Source of the DNA: Candidatus Thorarchaeota archaeon | Lineage (GTDB): Archaea; Asgardarchaeota; Thorarchaeia; Thorarchaeales; Thorarchaeaceae | Direction of reading: 5' to 3' | Length of the DNA: 41,692 nt | NCBI GenBank assembly: GCA_030669595.1 | Contig: DAOVDG010000003.1 | Location: 1 to 41,692 of the forward strand | In this document: positions 17,363 to 25,794 of the stretch, in pieces | How positions within the stretch are numbered: position 1 is the first letter of the stretch | Layout: every line of letters starts with the position of its first letter | Translations under genes and position numbers: made by a program | The notes under the pieces: model-generated | Told to the model about the DNA's origin: nothing | Database searches by the model: none | Seen by the model: the letters and a program-made list of their open reading frames with translations, nothing else

Positions 17363-18715
17363 TTGACTCTGGATGACTCTGGTTATAGGGGCCTGGTTCT
17401 TGAGAAACTATCCGCTGCTGGTGCGAATGTAGGTGATACAATCACGATTGGCCATCAGCGACGAGAGTATGTAGGCATTCTCATGCCTCGTGCACAGGTT
17501 GGACGCGATCCCGACCATGTGGTGATAAAGCTCACTTCGGGATACAATGTTGGCATTCGGTTGAATGAGTTGTCTGAGATTCACTTGACTAAATCGGGAA
17601 AGAAAAGAAAGCGGACCGCAGAAAAGACCGCACCCAAAACACAATCCGGTCTGCCTTCTGTTTCAATCCTGAGTACTGGGGGTACGATTGCAAGTAAGGT
17701 GGACTATCAGACTGGCGCTGTCAATCCCGCATTATCAGCACAGGACCTCTATGATACTGTTCCTGAGCTCAAGGACCATGCGAATATTCATGCTCGCATT
17801 GTAATGAGCGTTCTTTCAGAGAACATTCAACCTGCCGATTGGACGAAGATTGCCAGAAGTGTTTCATCCGAAATTAAGAAGAGCGTAGACGGAGTTGTCA
17901 TTGCGCATGGTACAGATACACTCGGAATCACTTCTGCCGCGCTTGCATTTGCACTCCAAGACCTACCTGTTCCAGTTGTTCTTGTGGGCTCTCAAAGGTC
18001 CTCTGATAGACCATCTTCTGACGCTGCTATGAATCTAATCAGAGCAACTGATTTCGTCGGATATGCAAATGCTGCGGAGGTAATGGTGGTGATGCATGGC
18101 GAAACAGATGATACGTTTGCATATGCACACAGGGGAACTCGAGTGCGTAAATGCCATACTAGTAGAAGGGATGCTTTCCAGTCAGTTAATTCCAGTCCCT
18201 TATTCAGGATAGGTGAAACGGGCATAGCTGAGCTGTCTGCTCCTCTTTTGCAACGAAACCCCAAGCGGAAACTTAAGATGAAGCCCAAGTTTGATGATCG
18301 CGTCACTATCGTGAACACTTTTCCAGGAATCAAACCTGATGTGATTGATTCGTATGTTGATAAGGGGTACAGAGGACTTGTACTGGCCGGAACTGGTCTT
18401 GGACATGCTCCTAAACACATTCATCCAGCCCTGAAACGAGCCATAGATGCTGGCGTTATTGTGGCCATGACAAGCCAATGCATCTGGGGACGCGTCAACA
18501 TGAACGTATATCGACCAGGCGTGGAGATGCTCGAAATGGGCGTCATACCGTGCGAAAACATGCTCACCGAAACGGCAGCTGTCAAGCTAATGTGGCTTCT
18601 TGCAAACATGAAGACTGCTGAGAAGGCGCATGCTGCAATGTCTGAGTCCATCGTTGGCGAAACAAACATGCGAACGGAACAGTCTGAGTATAGAATACAG
18701 TCGGAGGCATATTGA
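17363..18715 (+). CDS. gatD: Glutamyl-tRNA(Gln) amidotransferase subunit D
   Basis: KLTSGYNVG, STGGTIASKVDY, HGTDT, GSQRSSDRPSSDA, KCHTSRRDAF. TTG 17363 follows GGTGAGG (alternative GTG 17351). Confidence 0.96.
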   Translation: MTLDDSGYRGLVLEKLSAAGANVGDTITIGHQRREYVGILMPRAQVGRDPDHVVIKLTSGYNVGIRLNELSEIHLTKSGKKRKRTAEKTAPKTQSGLPSVSILSTGGTIASKVDYQTGAVNPALSAQDLYDTVPELKDHANIHARIVMSVLSENIQPADWTKIARSVSSEIKKSVDGVVIAHGTDTLGITSAALAFALQDLPVPVVLVGSQRSSDRPSSDAAMNLIRATDFVGYANAAEVMVVMHGETDDTFAYAHRGTRVRKCHTSRRDAFQSVNSSPLFRIGETGIAELSAPLLQRNPKRKLKMKPKFDDRVTIVNTFPGIKPDVIDSYVDKGYRGLVLAGTGLGHAPKHIHPALKRAIDAGVIVAMTSQCIWGRVNMNVYRPGVEMLEMGVIPCENMLTETAAVKLMWLLANMKTAEKAHAAMSESIVGETNMRTEQSEYRIQSEAY

Positions 18716-20641
18716 GTGAGCGACGAGGGTCGCTATAGAGAAATTGGTTTGATGGTGGGACTTGAGCTTCATCAGCAACTAAACACATCTCGCAAACTCT
18801 TCTGCCACTGTCCGACAGTGACTCGCGACGACAAACCTGACGGTGGTTTTGTAAGACGTCTCAGACCCACACAGAGCGAAATGGGTGCGGTAGACCCCGC
18901 AGCACTCTTTGAGTTTCAGAGGAAGAAGAAATTCTATTACGAGTATTACAATGACACAACATGCTTGGTTGAAGCTGACGAGGAACCCCCTCACAACCTG
19001 TGCGAAGAGTCCATAGATGTAGCCCTTACAATGGCCATCTTCCTAGGTTCATCTCAGCTAGATGAGATACATGCAATGAGGAAAATAGTGATAGATGGTA
19101 GCAATACAACTGGCTTTCAACGCACAGCCGTTATTGCTATGGGTGGCAAGGTCTTGGTGGGGACTAAGGAAATTGGCATACTAGCAATCAGTCTTGAAGA
19201 GGACGCAGCCCGCAAAATCGCCGATGATGACAAAGAGAACATGAAGATATATCGACTGGACAGATTAGGCATTCCTCTGATTGAAATCGCAACAGCTCCT
19301 GACATCAGAACTCCCTCCGAGGCTCAAGAAACCGCTTTGGCGATTGGTCTGCTCTTGAGGTCCACTGGAAAGGTAAAGCGTGGACTTGGCACAATCCGTC
19401 AAGACGTTAATGTGTCCATCAAGGGAGGGGCCATTATCGAGATCAAGGGATTTCAGCAACTCGATATGCTATCCACTCTCGTCGAACTAGAAGCCCTTAG
19501 GCAGAAGCGCTTGTTGGAGATACGTGACGCCCTACATGAGAGAAACATCTCTCCAAAACAAATTAGTGGCGAACCGGTAGACGTCAGCACTATCTTTGCG
19601 GAATCAGGCTCGAAGATGATCAAGAAGGCGTTGAAGGCCGGCCACACGATCTACGGGGTGCGGCTTCCAGGCTTTGCTGGTCTGATAGGGCGTGAGGTGC
19701 AACCTGAGCGCAGGCTTGGCACAGAACTGTCAGACTATGCCAAATTCTGGGGCGACGTAGGGGGCATCTTTCACACAGACGAACTGTCAGGATACGGAAT
19801 ATCCGCACAAGAAGTAGCCCAACTAAAAGAAGCTGTAAGCGCAAGGTCTCAAGATGCTGTGGTTATAGTCGCAGCCCCGGTGCACAAGTGCGTGGATGCG
19901 CTCAAGGCGGTAGTACGACGAGCACGTGAGGCAATTGAAGGTGTGCCAGCTGAAACCCGAACTCCACTGCCTAACGGAACGACGAAGTATGCACGCCCTC
20001 GCCCTGGTGCAGAAAGAATGTATCCTGAAACAGACGTGAGACCTGTGCAAATATCGCAATCCCGTTTGAAGCGGATTCGGAAAAACATGCCTGAAACCTT
20101 TGACAACAAAGAGAAGCGATTCGTCAAGGACTACGGTCTCAGCAAGGATCTCGCGTCACAGATGGTGCGTTCTCTGAATCTTCCACTATTTGAGCAAATC
20201 ATAAGCGAGATGGAGGTCCCTGCAACACTTTTGGCCGTAACACTGGAAAATACGGTCGTAAGTCTTCATCGCGATGGTGTTCCTATTGAACGATTGGAGG
20301 ATAATCACTTCCGGCAGCTCTTCAAATGCGTCACTAAGGCTGAAGTTTCTCCAGATGCAATCCCTGCGATTCTGACACATCTTGCGAATAACCCCACTTC
20401 TGGGATTCAAGATGCGCTGGATGCAACAGATCTTGGCAAGATAGATACTACCGAGCTCAAGAACCTGATTCGAGAGATAGTGGAGGACCGTATTGACTTC
20501 GTGCGCGAACAAGGAGAGAGAGCACTCGGTGGACTCATGGGTGTTGCAATGAAGCAGCTAAGAGGAAAAGTTGACGGGAAAGTCATCAAGAAGCTTCTTG
20601 CAGCTGAGATTCAACGTGTTCTTGCGTCCGCTGAAGAATAG
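18716..20641 (+). CDS. gatE: Glutamyl-tRNA(Gln) amidotransferase subunit E
   Basis: GLELHQQL..KLFCHCP, MRKIVIDGSNTTGFQRT, RGLGTIRQDVNVSI, RPRPGAERMYPETD. Confidence 0.97.
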   Translation: MSDEGRYREIGLMVGLELHQQLNTSRKLFCHCPTVTRDDKPDGGFVRRLRPTQSEMGAVDPAALFEFQRKKKFYYEYYNDTTCLVEADEEPPHNLCEESIDVALTMAIFLGSSQLDEIHAMRKIVIDGSNTTGFQRTAVIAMGGKVLVGTKEIGILAISLEEDAARKIADDDKENMKIYRLDRLGIPLIEIATAPDIRTPSEAQETALAIGLLLRSTGKVKRGLGTIRQDVNVSIKGGAIIEIKGFQQLDMLSTLVELEALRQKRLLEIRDALHERNISPKQISGEPVDVSTIFAESGSKMIKKALKAGHTIYGVRLPGFAGLIGREVQPERRLGTELSDYAKFWGDVGGIFHTDELSGYGISAQEVAQLKEAVSARSQDAVVIVAAPVHKCVDALKAVVRRAREAIEGVPAETRTPLPNGTTKYARPRPGAERMYPETDVRPVQISQSRLKRIRKNMPETFDNKEKRFVKDYGLSKDLASQMVRSLNLPLFEQIISEMEVPATLLAVTLENTVVSLHRDGVPIERLEDNHFRQLFKCVTKAEVSPDAIPAILTHLANNPTSGIQDALDATDLGKIDTTELKNLIREIVEDRIDFVREQGERALGGLMGVAMKQLRGKVDGKVIKKLLAAEIQRVLASAEE

Positions 20642-20684
20642 ATTTAAGAGTCTGCATCATCGGGCCGTCTGACTTGAATAATGT

Positions 20685-20857
20685 GCCGCGGTGGCCTAGC
20701 CTGGTTAGGGCGCGAGACTCATAATCTTGCTGGATCTTTCCGGTCAAAATCATGGGGTCATTGTCTCATGCCTGGCCCGAGATGAGAAATCTCGAAGTCG
20801 TGGGCTCAAAACTTTATCACATCTCGTGATATCGAGCGTTTCCCACCCGCGGCACCA
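20685..20857 (+). tRNA. Elongator tRNA-Met(CAT) with two introns: 37/38 (20724-20788, 65 nt) and T-loop (approx. 20810-20839, 30 nt)
   Basis: GCCGCGG/CCGCGGC-ACCA; CGAGA-CTCATA|..|A-TCTCG with BHB CTCA/TGAG; T stem GTGGG/CCCAC interrupted by an insert containing hairpin TATCAC/GTGATA. Confidence 0.88.
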
Positions 20858-20949
20858 ACATCTACTGCAGCTTTGCAGGTATGTTTTTGTGTGTACATAA
20901 TTTCTCGGTAGGGGTGAGATTCGCACTGTAGAAAGAGAGGTTACTTGGA

Positions 20950-22158
20950 ATGAAACTTCCCTTCAAGACCCTTGATGACGTTGAAGCCGAAGGAAAGCGT
21001 GTTTTGGTCCGTGTCGACATAAACTGCTCTATTGACCCCGATACTAAGAAGATAACCGACGATTCTAGAATAGATGCCATTGTTCCCACACTCAAAGAAT
21101 TGTCCAAGAGCAAGGTTGTGTTGATGGCCCACCAAGGCCGTCCGGGCAGTAACGATTTCATATCACTTGAACAACATACTAAGATTCTGCAAAAATTGGG
21201 GTTCAATGCCACTTTTGTGGATGACATATTCGGAGATAGAGCCAAGGCGGCCATAGAGAAGGTGCAGGTGGGAGAGATACTTGTTCTACAAAACGTGAGG
21301 ATGTTCGAGGGCGAACTGAAGAAAGCACCACCAGACGAAGTTGCAAAAGAGCCAATTGTCCAAGAGCTTTATCCCTTGTTTGATTTGTTCCTGAATGATG
21401 CATTTGGTGCAGCACACAGGTCTCAGGCGTCCATTGTAGGTTTCACCGCAGTACTGCCTTCAGTGGCAGGTCGGCTTGTCGAGAAGGAGGTTCGTATACT
21501 GACCGAGGCCACAGCCATAGAGAAGCATCCATGGATTCTTGTATTCGGCGGAGCTAAGGTCGCTGGCAAGGTGAAGACTCTAGGCAAGCTATTGGCCACT
21601 GGACGAGTAGACAAGGCACTACTAGGGGGCCTTCTTGGCCAGCTGTTCTTGATTGCAAAGGGCTTGATTCCCACTGAATACTCTGCTCCAATCAAGGGTT
21701 TCGAATCGGCAGTGGAAACAGCAAAGGAACTCCTAGAGAAATATCCGGACATATTGGTTCTCCCAGAGGACGCAGCCGTTGAGAGAGATGGAAAGCGATT
21801 CGAATGCGCCTTCAATGAGATGGACGGTGATCCGTTTTTCGATATAGGTCCGTCCACAGCCAGTGAGTACATGCGGATGATACGTGGAGCTGCAGTGGTA
21901 TTCAGCAATGGTCCTATGGGTCTGTTCGAGAAAGAGCCCTTTGCCAAGGGCACAGTCAGCGTTCTGAATGCAATCGCTGAGTGTGAAGGTGTAAGTGTTG
22001 TTGGGGGCGGACACATGGGAGCCATGGCAATAAGCGAGGGCTTTGCAGACAGGATCTCACACATCAGTACGGGGGGTGGAGCCACGATTAACTTCTTGAC
22101 TGGGAAAAAACTAGATCTCGTGGTGGCGCTTGAAGAAGCCGCACGGAGGATGGTGTAG
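20950..22158 (+). CDS. pgk: Phosphoglycerate kinase
   Basis: RVLVRVDIN, AHQGRP, NDAFGAAHRSQAS, FGGAKV, NGPMGLFE, HISTGGGA. Confidence 0.97.
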   Translation: MKLPFKTLDDVEAEGKRVLVRVDINCSIDPDTKKITDDSRIDAIVPTLKELSKSKVVLMAHQGRPGSNDFISLEQHTKILQKLGFNATFVDDIFGDRAKAAIEKVQVGEILVLQNVRMFEGELKKAPPDEVAKEPIVQELYPLFDLFLNDAFGAAHRSQASIVGFTAVLPSVAGRLVEKEVRILTEATAIEKHPWILVFGGAKVAGKVKTLGKLLATGRVDKALLGGLLGQLFLIAKGLIPTEYSAPIKGFESAVETAKELLEKYPDILVLPEDAAVERDGKRFECAFNEMDGDPFFDIGPSTASEYMRMIRGAAVVFSNGPMGLFEKEPFAKGTVSVLNAIAECEGVSVVGGGHMGAMAISEGFADRISHISTGGGATINFLTGKKLDLVVALEEAARRMV

Positions 22159-22160
22159 TT

Positions 22161-22469
22161 ATGCAGCTGCTGGAATTCTCACATATTCTTATCATCTACC
22201 TAGTCGCTGTGAACATCTTTACTCTCACCCTTATGTGGTGGGACAAGAGAAAGGCTAAGAAGAAAGAGTGGCGTGTCGCAGAGGCTACACTTCTTCTGCT
22301 GGCATTCATTGGTGGCGCCTTGGGCCTACTCTTTGGAATGTTCAAGTTTCGGCACAAGACTTTGAAACGCTCATTTCAAGGAGTTGCTATCATTGGTCTT
22401 ATCGTTTCCCTAATCATCTACTGGATTGCTTTCAGAATATTGACATTCGGCCCTGTGCCAATAGTGTAA
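22161..22469 (+). CDS. DUF1294-family membrane protein
   Basis: DKRKAKKKEWRVAEATLLLLAFIGGALG...FRHKT. Confidence 0.88.
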   Translation: MQLLEFSHILIIYLVAVNIFTLTLMWWDKRKAKKKEWRVAEATLLLLAFIGGALGLLFGMFKFRHKTLKRSFQGVAIIGLIVSLIIYWIAFRILTFGPVPIV

Positions 22470-22840
22470 GCTATTCGAATAAACCAATAGAGTGGATACT
22501 GGTCACACTAGAGCAAGAAATGTTGCTGAGGGCACATCTCTGTACCCTCATAATTTCAAGGGTTTACCAAGGTTCGTGGGGTGGTTTTACAGGACCATTC
22601 ATGTTAATTCATAGTTAGATGCAAACCATACTCAATTACGGCCACTGAAACAATTACGACCAATCCTAATCTCTTTCGGCCACAAAACCGCGCATTGGCA
22701 TTGTCCTCTGTTTATAACTCTCTACATCCTTATATTGGAAATTCCGAGAACATTAATGTCCAATCAGCAAATCAATATGTAACACAGAGTGATGTCAGTT
22801 CTGAAAAAAAGAGTTCCTGTAGGTCAATAAGGGTTGAAAA

Positions 22841-22916
22841 TGGAGCCTCGGGCGAGATTCGAACTCGCGACCTGCTGATTACAAGTCAGCCTCTATAACC
22901 CCTAAGACACCGAGGC
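22841..22916 (-). tRNA. tRNA-Thr(TGT), intronless
   Basis: GCCTCGG/CCGAGGC-TCCA; GCTGA-CTTGTAA-TCAGC; GCGAG-TTCGAAT-CTCGC. Confidence 0.93.
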
Positions 22917-23005
22917 TTTCCTAAATGAATCAAGCAGCATATTGTCTTTAAAAGCTGCTCCTCAAGACTTCATCAACCGCGCGTTTCTGACGGCAGGACC
23001 GTTTA

Positions 23006-23551
23006 CTACTTATCATGATACACGTTGTCAATGATAATAGCGTAAGATAGTAGCATCAATCGATCAACATCCGGATCTATTATGTGAAGTGCATACCTGT
23101 CCTTGAAATTGAACATAGGTGCAAAAACATCGCGCCATTTGTCAGCCTTCTTGATAACAGCGTACACTTTCTTCTTATCTTTCGGATGACGAATCTCGAA
23201 ATTCCATTTCGTCACGCCGCCCTGCGCCTTGAATATGAGCTTGTCTTGAGGATCATACATGTCAACTGAGCCACGAAATGCGATCATTGGCCTTTTCCCA
23301 CGCCCTATTAGCTGCCCTTCTGGGGTTTTCACATCATAGATTGGACGCACTGCAGCTAGCTTCTTGTTAATAACGCAGATTGGTGTTTCATCAGCATTTC
23401 GCAATTCGATTTCGGCGCGTAATGATACAATTTTCCTCTTCATTATCCCAATCTTGTTGCCGTCTGTATCGAGAATCTCGCCTCCACCGAATTTCCAAGC
23501 TTTTTCATGCATTACATAGTGAGTAATCTCAGGGTCCAGCAAGTTCATCAT
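23006..23551 (-). CDS. LURP-one/Tubby C-terminal/scramblase-like protein
   Basis: YVMHEKAWKFGG-EILD..G, repeated beta-hairpins, DRYALHI...DRLMLLSYAIIID terminal helix. Confidence 0.75.
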   Translation of the reverse strand: MMNLLDPEITHYVMHEKAWKFGGGEILDTDGNKIGIMKRKIVSLRAEIELRNADETPICVINKKLAAVRPIYDVKTPEGQLIGRGKRPMIAFRGSVDMYDPQDKLIFKAQGGVTKWNFEIRHPKDKKKVYAVIKKADKWRDVFAPMFNFKDRYALHIIDPDVDRLMLLSYAIIIDNVYHDK

Positions 23552-23820
23552 CTGCACACTCCCTTGAGATATTCTTGCGCTACCTATTAAGCGAATCTGG
23601 GCCAGAATGAAGAATCACTGACACGTCCACAGGCACGCTCAGATGGCTCATTTCATCACGCACATGTTTATGTGCCATTGCGCTATCTAACCTTCAGAAA
23701 TCCGACCTTAGCACAGATTCCCATATTACATGTGTGTCATACAAAGGCTAAATGCTACGGGAAAGCTAAAATAGTATACAGGATTTCGTCAAAGGACGAC
23801 GTACAACTAGGTGATACCAT

Positions 23821-24843
23821 TTGCAATCGGATTCGTACTCCCAATTCACTCAAGCTATCGTGGACCTATTTAGAGGGTTCTCCAACATGTTTCAACCTAT
23901 GGGAATACCATTTGGACCGATTGCTTGGTTCGTTATCGTTGTTACTGTACCCCTGGCCGTAGTCATAGCGTTTCTGTTGTACACCTATCGTTTCAAGGGC
24001 TCTGCCGGCGGCTTGCCTGATGGTGTACAGAAAATCATTGCGTCAACCGGAGATGTTTCCTCGGGCATTGCAGGCACGAAAAAGGTGCGTTTCATAAAGA
24101 CCCCTGGTGAGGCATTAGTCTTCCTCAAGATTGAAGAGAACGCAATTCAACAGGCTTTGTCTGCAGTTGATTACTACACTCAAGAAGGCGAGGTAGACAG
24201 CTCGCTTCAAGGCAAGCTTGTTTCACTCTATCGCTCCAGGCTCACTGCTGTGCAGGCTGCAATTGCTAAAGACGAGGAGCTGAAGGCTGTCGTGGATGCA
24301 GACTCTGCTATGGACAGAGCACGATCTGATTACCTTCGGAAACTTGCAGCGATGTCTGGTACCACTGTAGAAGCAGACACTACTGAGTCAGGCCCGCCCA
24401 GCGTTGGGGCACCAAGCGCAGCTGCGGTTACACCAAGTGATGCAGCGGCTCCTTCAACGGGTCCCCCAAGTGGAGGCGCACCTGGTGGCGGTGCTCCAAG
24501 CGGTGGACCTCCAGGCGGTAGTACACCAAGTGGAGACAGTCCTCCAGGTGGAGGTGCACCTGGTGGTGGACCTCCAAGCGGTGGCGCACCTAGTGGTGGA
24601 CCTCTAGGCGGTGGTGCACCAAATGGTGGCGGACTTCCAAGTGGCACGCCTAGTAGTGGTGGTCCTCCAGGTGGCACACCCAGCAGCGGTGTTCCAAGCG
24701 GCCCTCCGGGTGGTGGAGTCCCGAGTGGTCCTCCTGGTGGCACGTTAAGCGAGAAACCTTCTGGTGCACCTGGCAAAAGCTCTCTCCAATCTGAGATGCT
24801 CGCAGAAATGGAACGTCTGCGAACCCTGATGAGTGGGGACTAA
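23821..24843 (+). CDS. Single-pass membrane protein with coiled coil, long Gly/Pro/Ser-repeat linker and C-terminal amphipathic helix
   Basis: TM IAWFVIVVTVPLAVVIAFLLY; GGPPGGGAPS-type repeats; ends KSSLQSEMLAEMERLRTLMSGD. TTG start after AGGTGA. Confidence 0.8.
   Translation: MQSDSYSQFTQAIVDLFRGFSNMFQPMGIPFGPIAWFVIVVTVPLAVVIAFLLYTYRFKGSAGGLPDGVQKIIASTGDVSSGIAGTKKVRFIKTPGEALVFLKIEENAIQQALSAVDYYTQEGEVDSSLQGKLVSLYRSRLTAVQAAIAKDEELKAVVDADSAMDRARSDYLRKLAAMSGTTVEADTTESGPPSVGAPSAAAVTPSDAAAPSTGPPSGGAPGGGAPSGGPPGGSTPSGDSPPGGGAPGGGPPSGGAPSGGPLGGGAPNGGGLPSGTPSSGGPPGGTPSSGVPSGPPGGGVPSGPPGGTLSEKPSGAPGKSSLQSEMLAEMERLRTLMSGD
24459..24745 (+). repeat. Imperfect coding tandem repeat (about 15/30-nt units encoding GGPP(S/G)/GGAP(S/G))
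   Basis: Recurrent ggtggacctcca / ggtggcgcacct units. Confidence 0.8.
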
Positions 24844-24970
24844 TGGCTCGGCTAATCCTTGTATCCATCCTTAGGATTCATTGAATCTTAGATCGGATTC
24901 GATTGTCAGAAGCCTTTTTGAGTAGCCTACTCATGAGGTTCCGTATCACTGAGTTAAGGATGCTGACGAC

Positions 24971-25654
24971 ATGTCAGGTGCTAAGCTAAATGCAGTAAAG
25001 AGCGTCATTCCCCTGATTCCTAAAAGTGGAGCAATAGGTTTGGGCAGTGGCTCCACTGTAGCAATCCTTGCAGAGGAACTTGGCAAACGGATTCTGAATG
25101 GAAGCATCGACATAAGCGTCGTTCCAACTTCCTATCAAGCCTATGAACTGGCTATAGAACATGGAATACCCCTCACAAATCTGGATTTGAATCCTGAATT
25201 ACTTCTGACTATTGATGGTGCTGATGAAGTTGACAAAGACCTTAACCTGACGAAGGGCGGAGGTGGCGCTCTGTTTCAGGAGAAGATAGTCGCATCGGCA
25301 TCCAGGAAACTGATAATCATAGTGGATGAATCTAAATTGGTAGAGCGTCTTGCTACTAAGTTCGAGATTCCAGTGGAAATACTCCCATTCTCGCTGGGTG
25401 TTGTTCGAAGGAAGATCGTGGAAATGAGAGTCACTCCGAACGTACGGCAGGCTCAGAAGAAGATGGGTCCCGTAGTAACTGATAATGGAAACTTCATTCT
25501 TGATCTCAAGTTTTCCAAGCCAATCAGTGATCCAAGACAGGTTGCAATAGACCTAAAGATGATTCCCGGCGTAATAGAAACCGGACTCTTCATTGACATG
25601 GCAGACGAGGTGCATGTTGGTACAAAAACCGGCGCGCGCGCGCTGAAGAAATGA
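24971..25654 (+). CDS. rpiA: Ribose-5-phosphate isomerase A
   Basis: GLGSGST, DGADEVD, KGGGGALFQEKIV, VTDNGNFILD, IPGVIETGLF. Confidence 0.97.
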   Translation: MSGAKLNAVKSVIPLIPKSGAIGLGSGSTVAILAEELGKRILNGSIDISVVPTSYQAYELAIEHGIPLTNLDLNPELLLTIDGADEVDKDLNLTKGGGGALFQEKIVASASRKLIIIVDESKLVERLATKFEIPVEILPFSLGVVRRKIVEMRVTPNVRQAQKKMGPVVTDNGNFILDLKFSKPISDPRQVAIDLKMIPGVIETGLFIDMADEVHVGTKTGARALKK

Positions 25655-25732
25655 TGGCGGGCCCGCCCGGATTTGAACCGGGGACAACTTGCTTAGGAGG
25701 CAAGTGCCCTATCCATACTAGGCCACGGGCCC
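25655..25732 (-). tRNA. tRNA-Arg(CCT), intronless
   Basis: GGGCCCG/CGGGCCC-GCCA; CTTGC-CTCCTAA-GCAAG; CCCGG-TTCAAAT-CCGGG. Confidence 0.95.
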
Positions 25733-25794
25733 TCGGAGGAGAGCGTGCAATCAGTCAGTTGTTAAAGCTTTTGTAGTATTCTATCAGCAGACTG

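Noticed and set aside
18933-18950. TCTATTACG|AGTATTACA in gatE (and GGTATTACG at 33223) resembling the 9-bp motif
   Set aside because: Explained by Tyr-Tyr codons (FYYEYY, WYY) and far from the cluster, so treated as background.
21423-22085. 220-aa antisense ORF within pgk (and similar antisense ORFs elsewhere)
   Set aside because: Antisense shadows of well-supported genes, with no motifs.
22634-22661. Direct repeat CAATTACG(G/A)CC in the intergenic region downstream of tRNA-Thr
   Set aside because: Only two copies; no tRNA-end duplication or mobile gene to support an element.
24330-24776. 148-aa antisense Pro/Gly ORF
   Set aside because: Shadow of the GC-rich repeat in the plus-strand gene.
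25631-25643. (GC)n run ggcgcgcgcgcgc at the end of rpiA
   Set aside because: Short, coding (GARAL) and a single occurrence.
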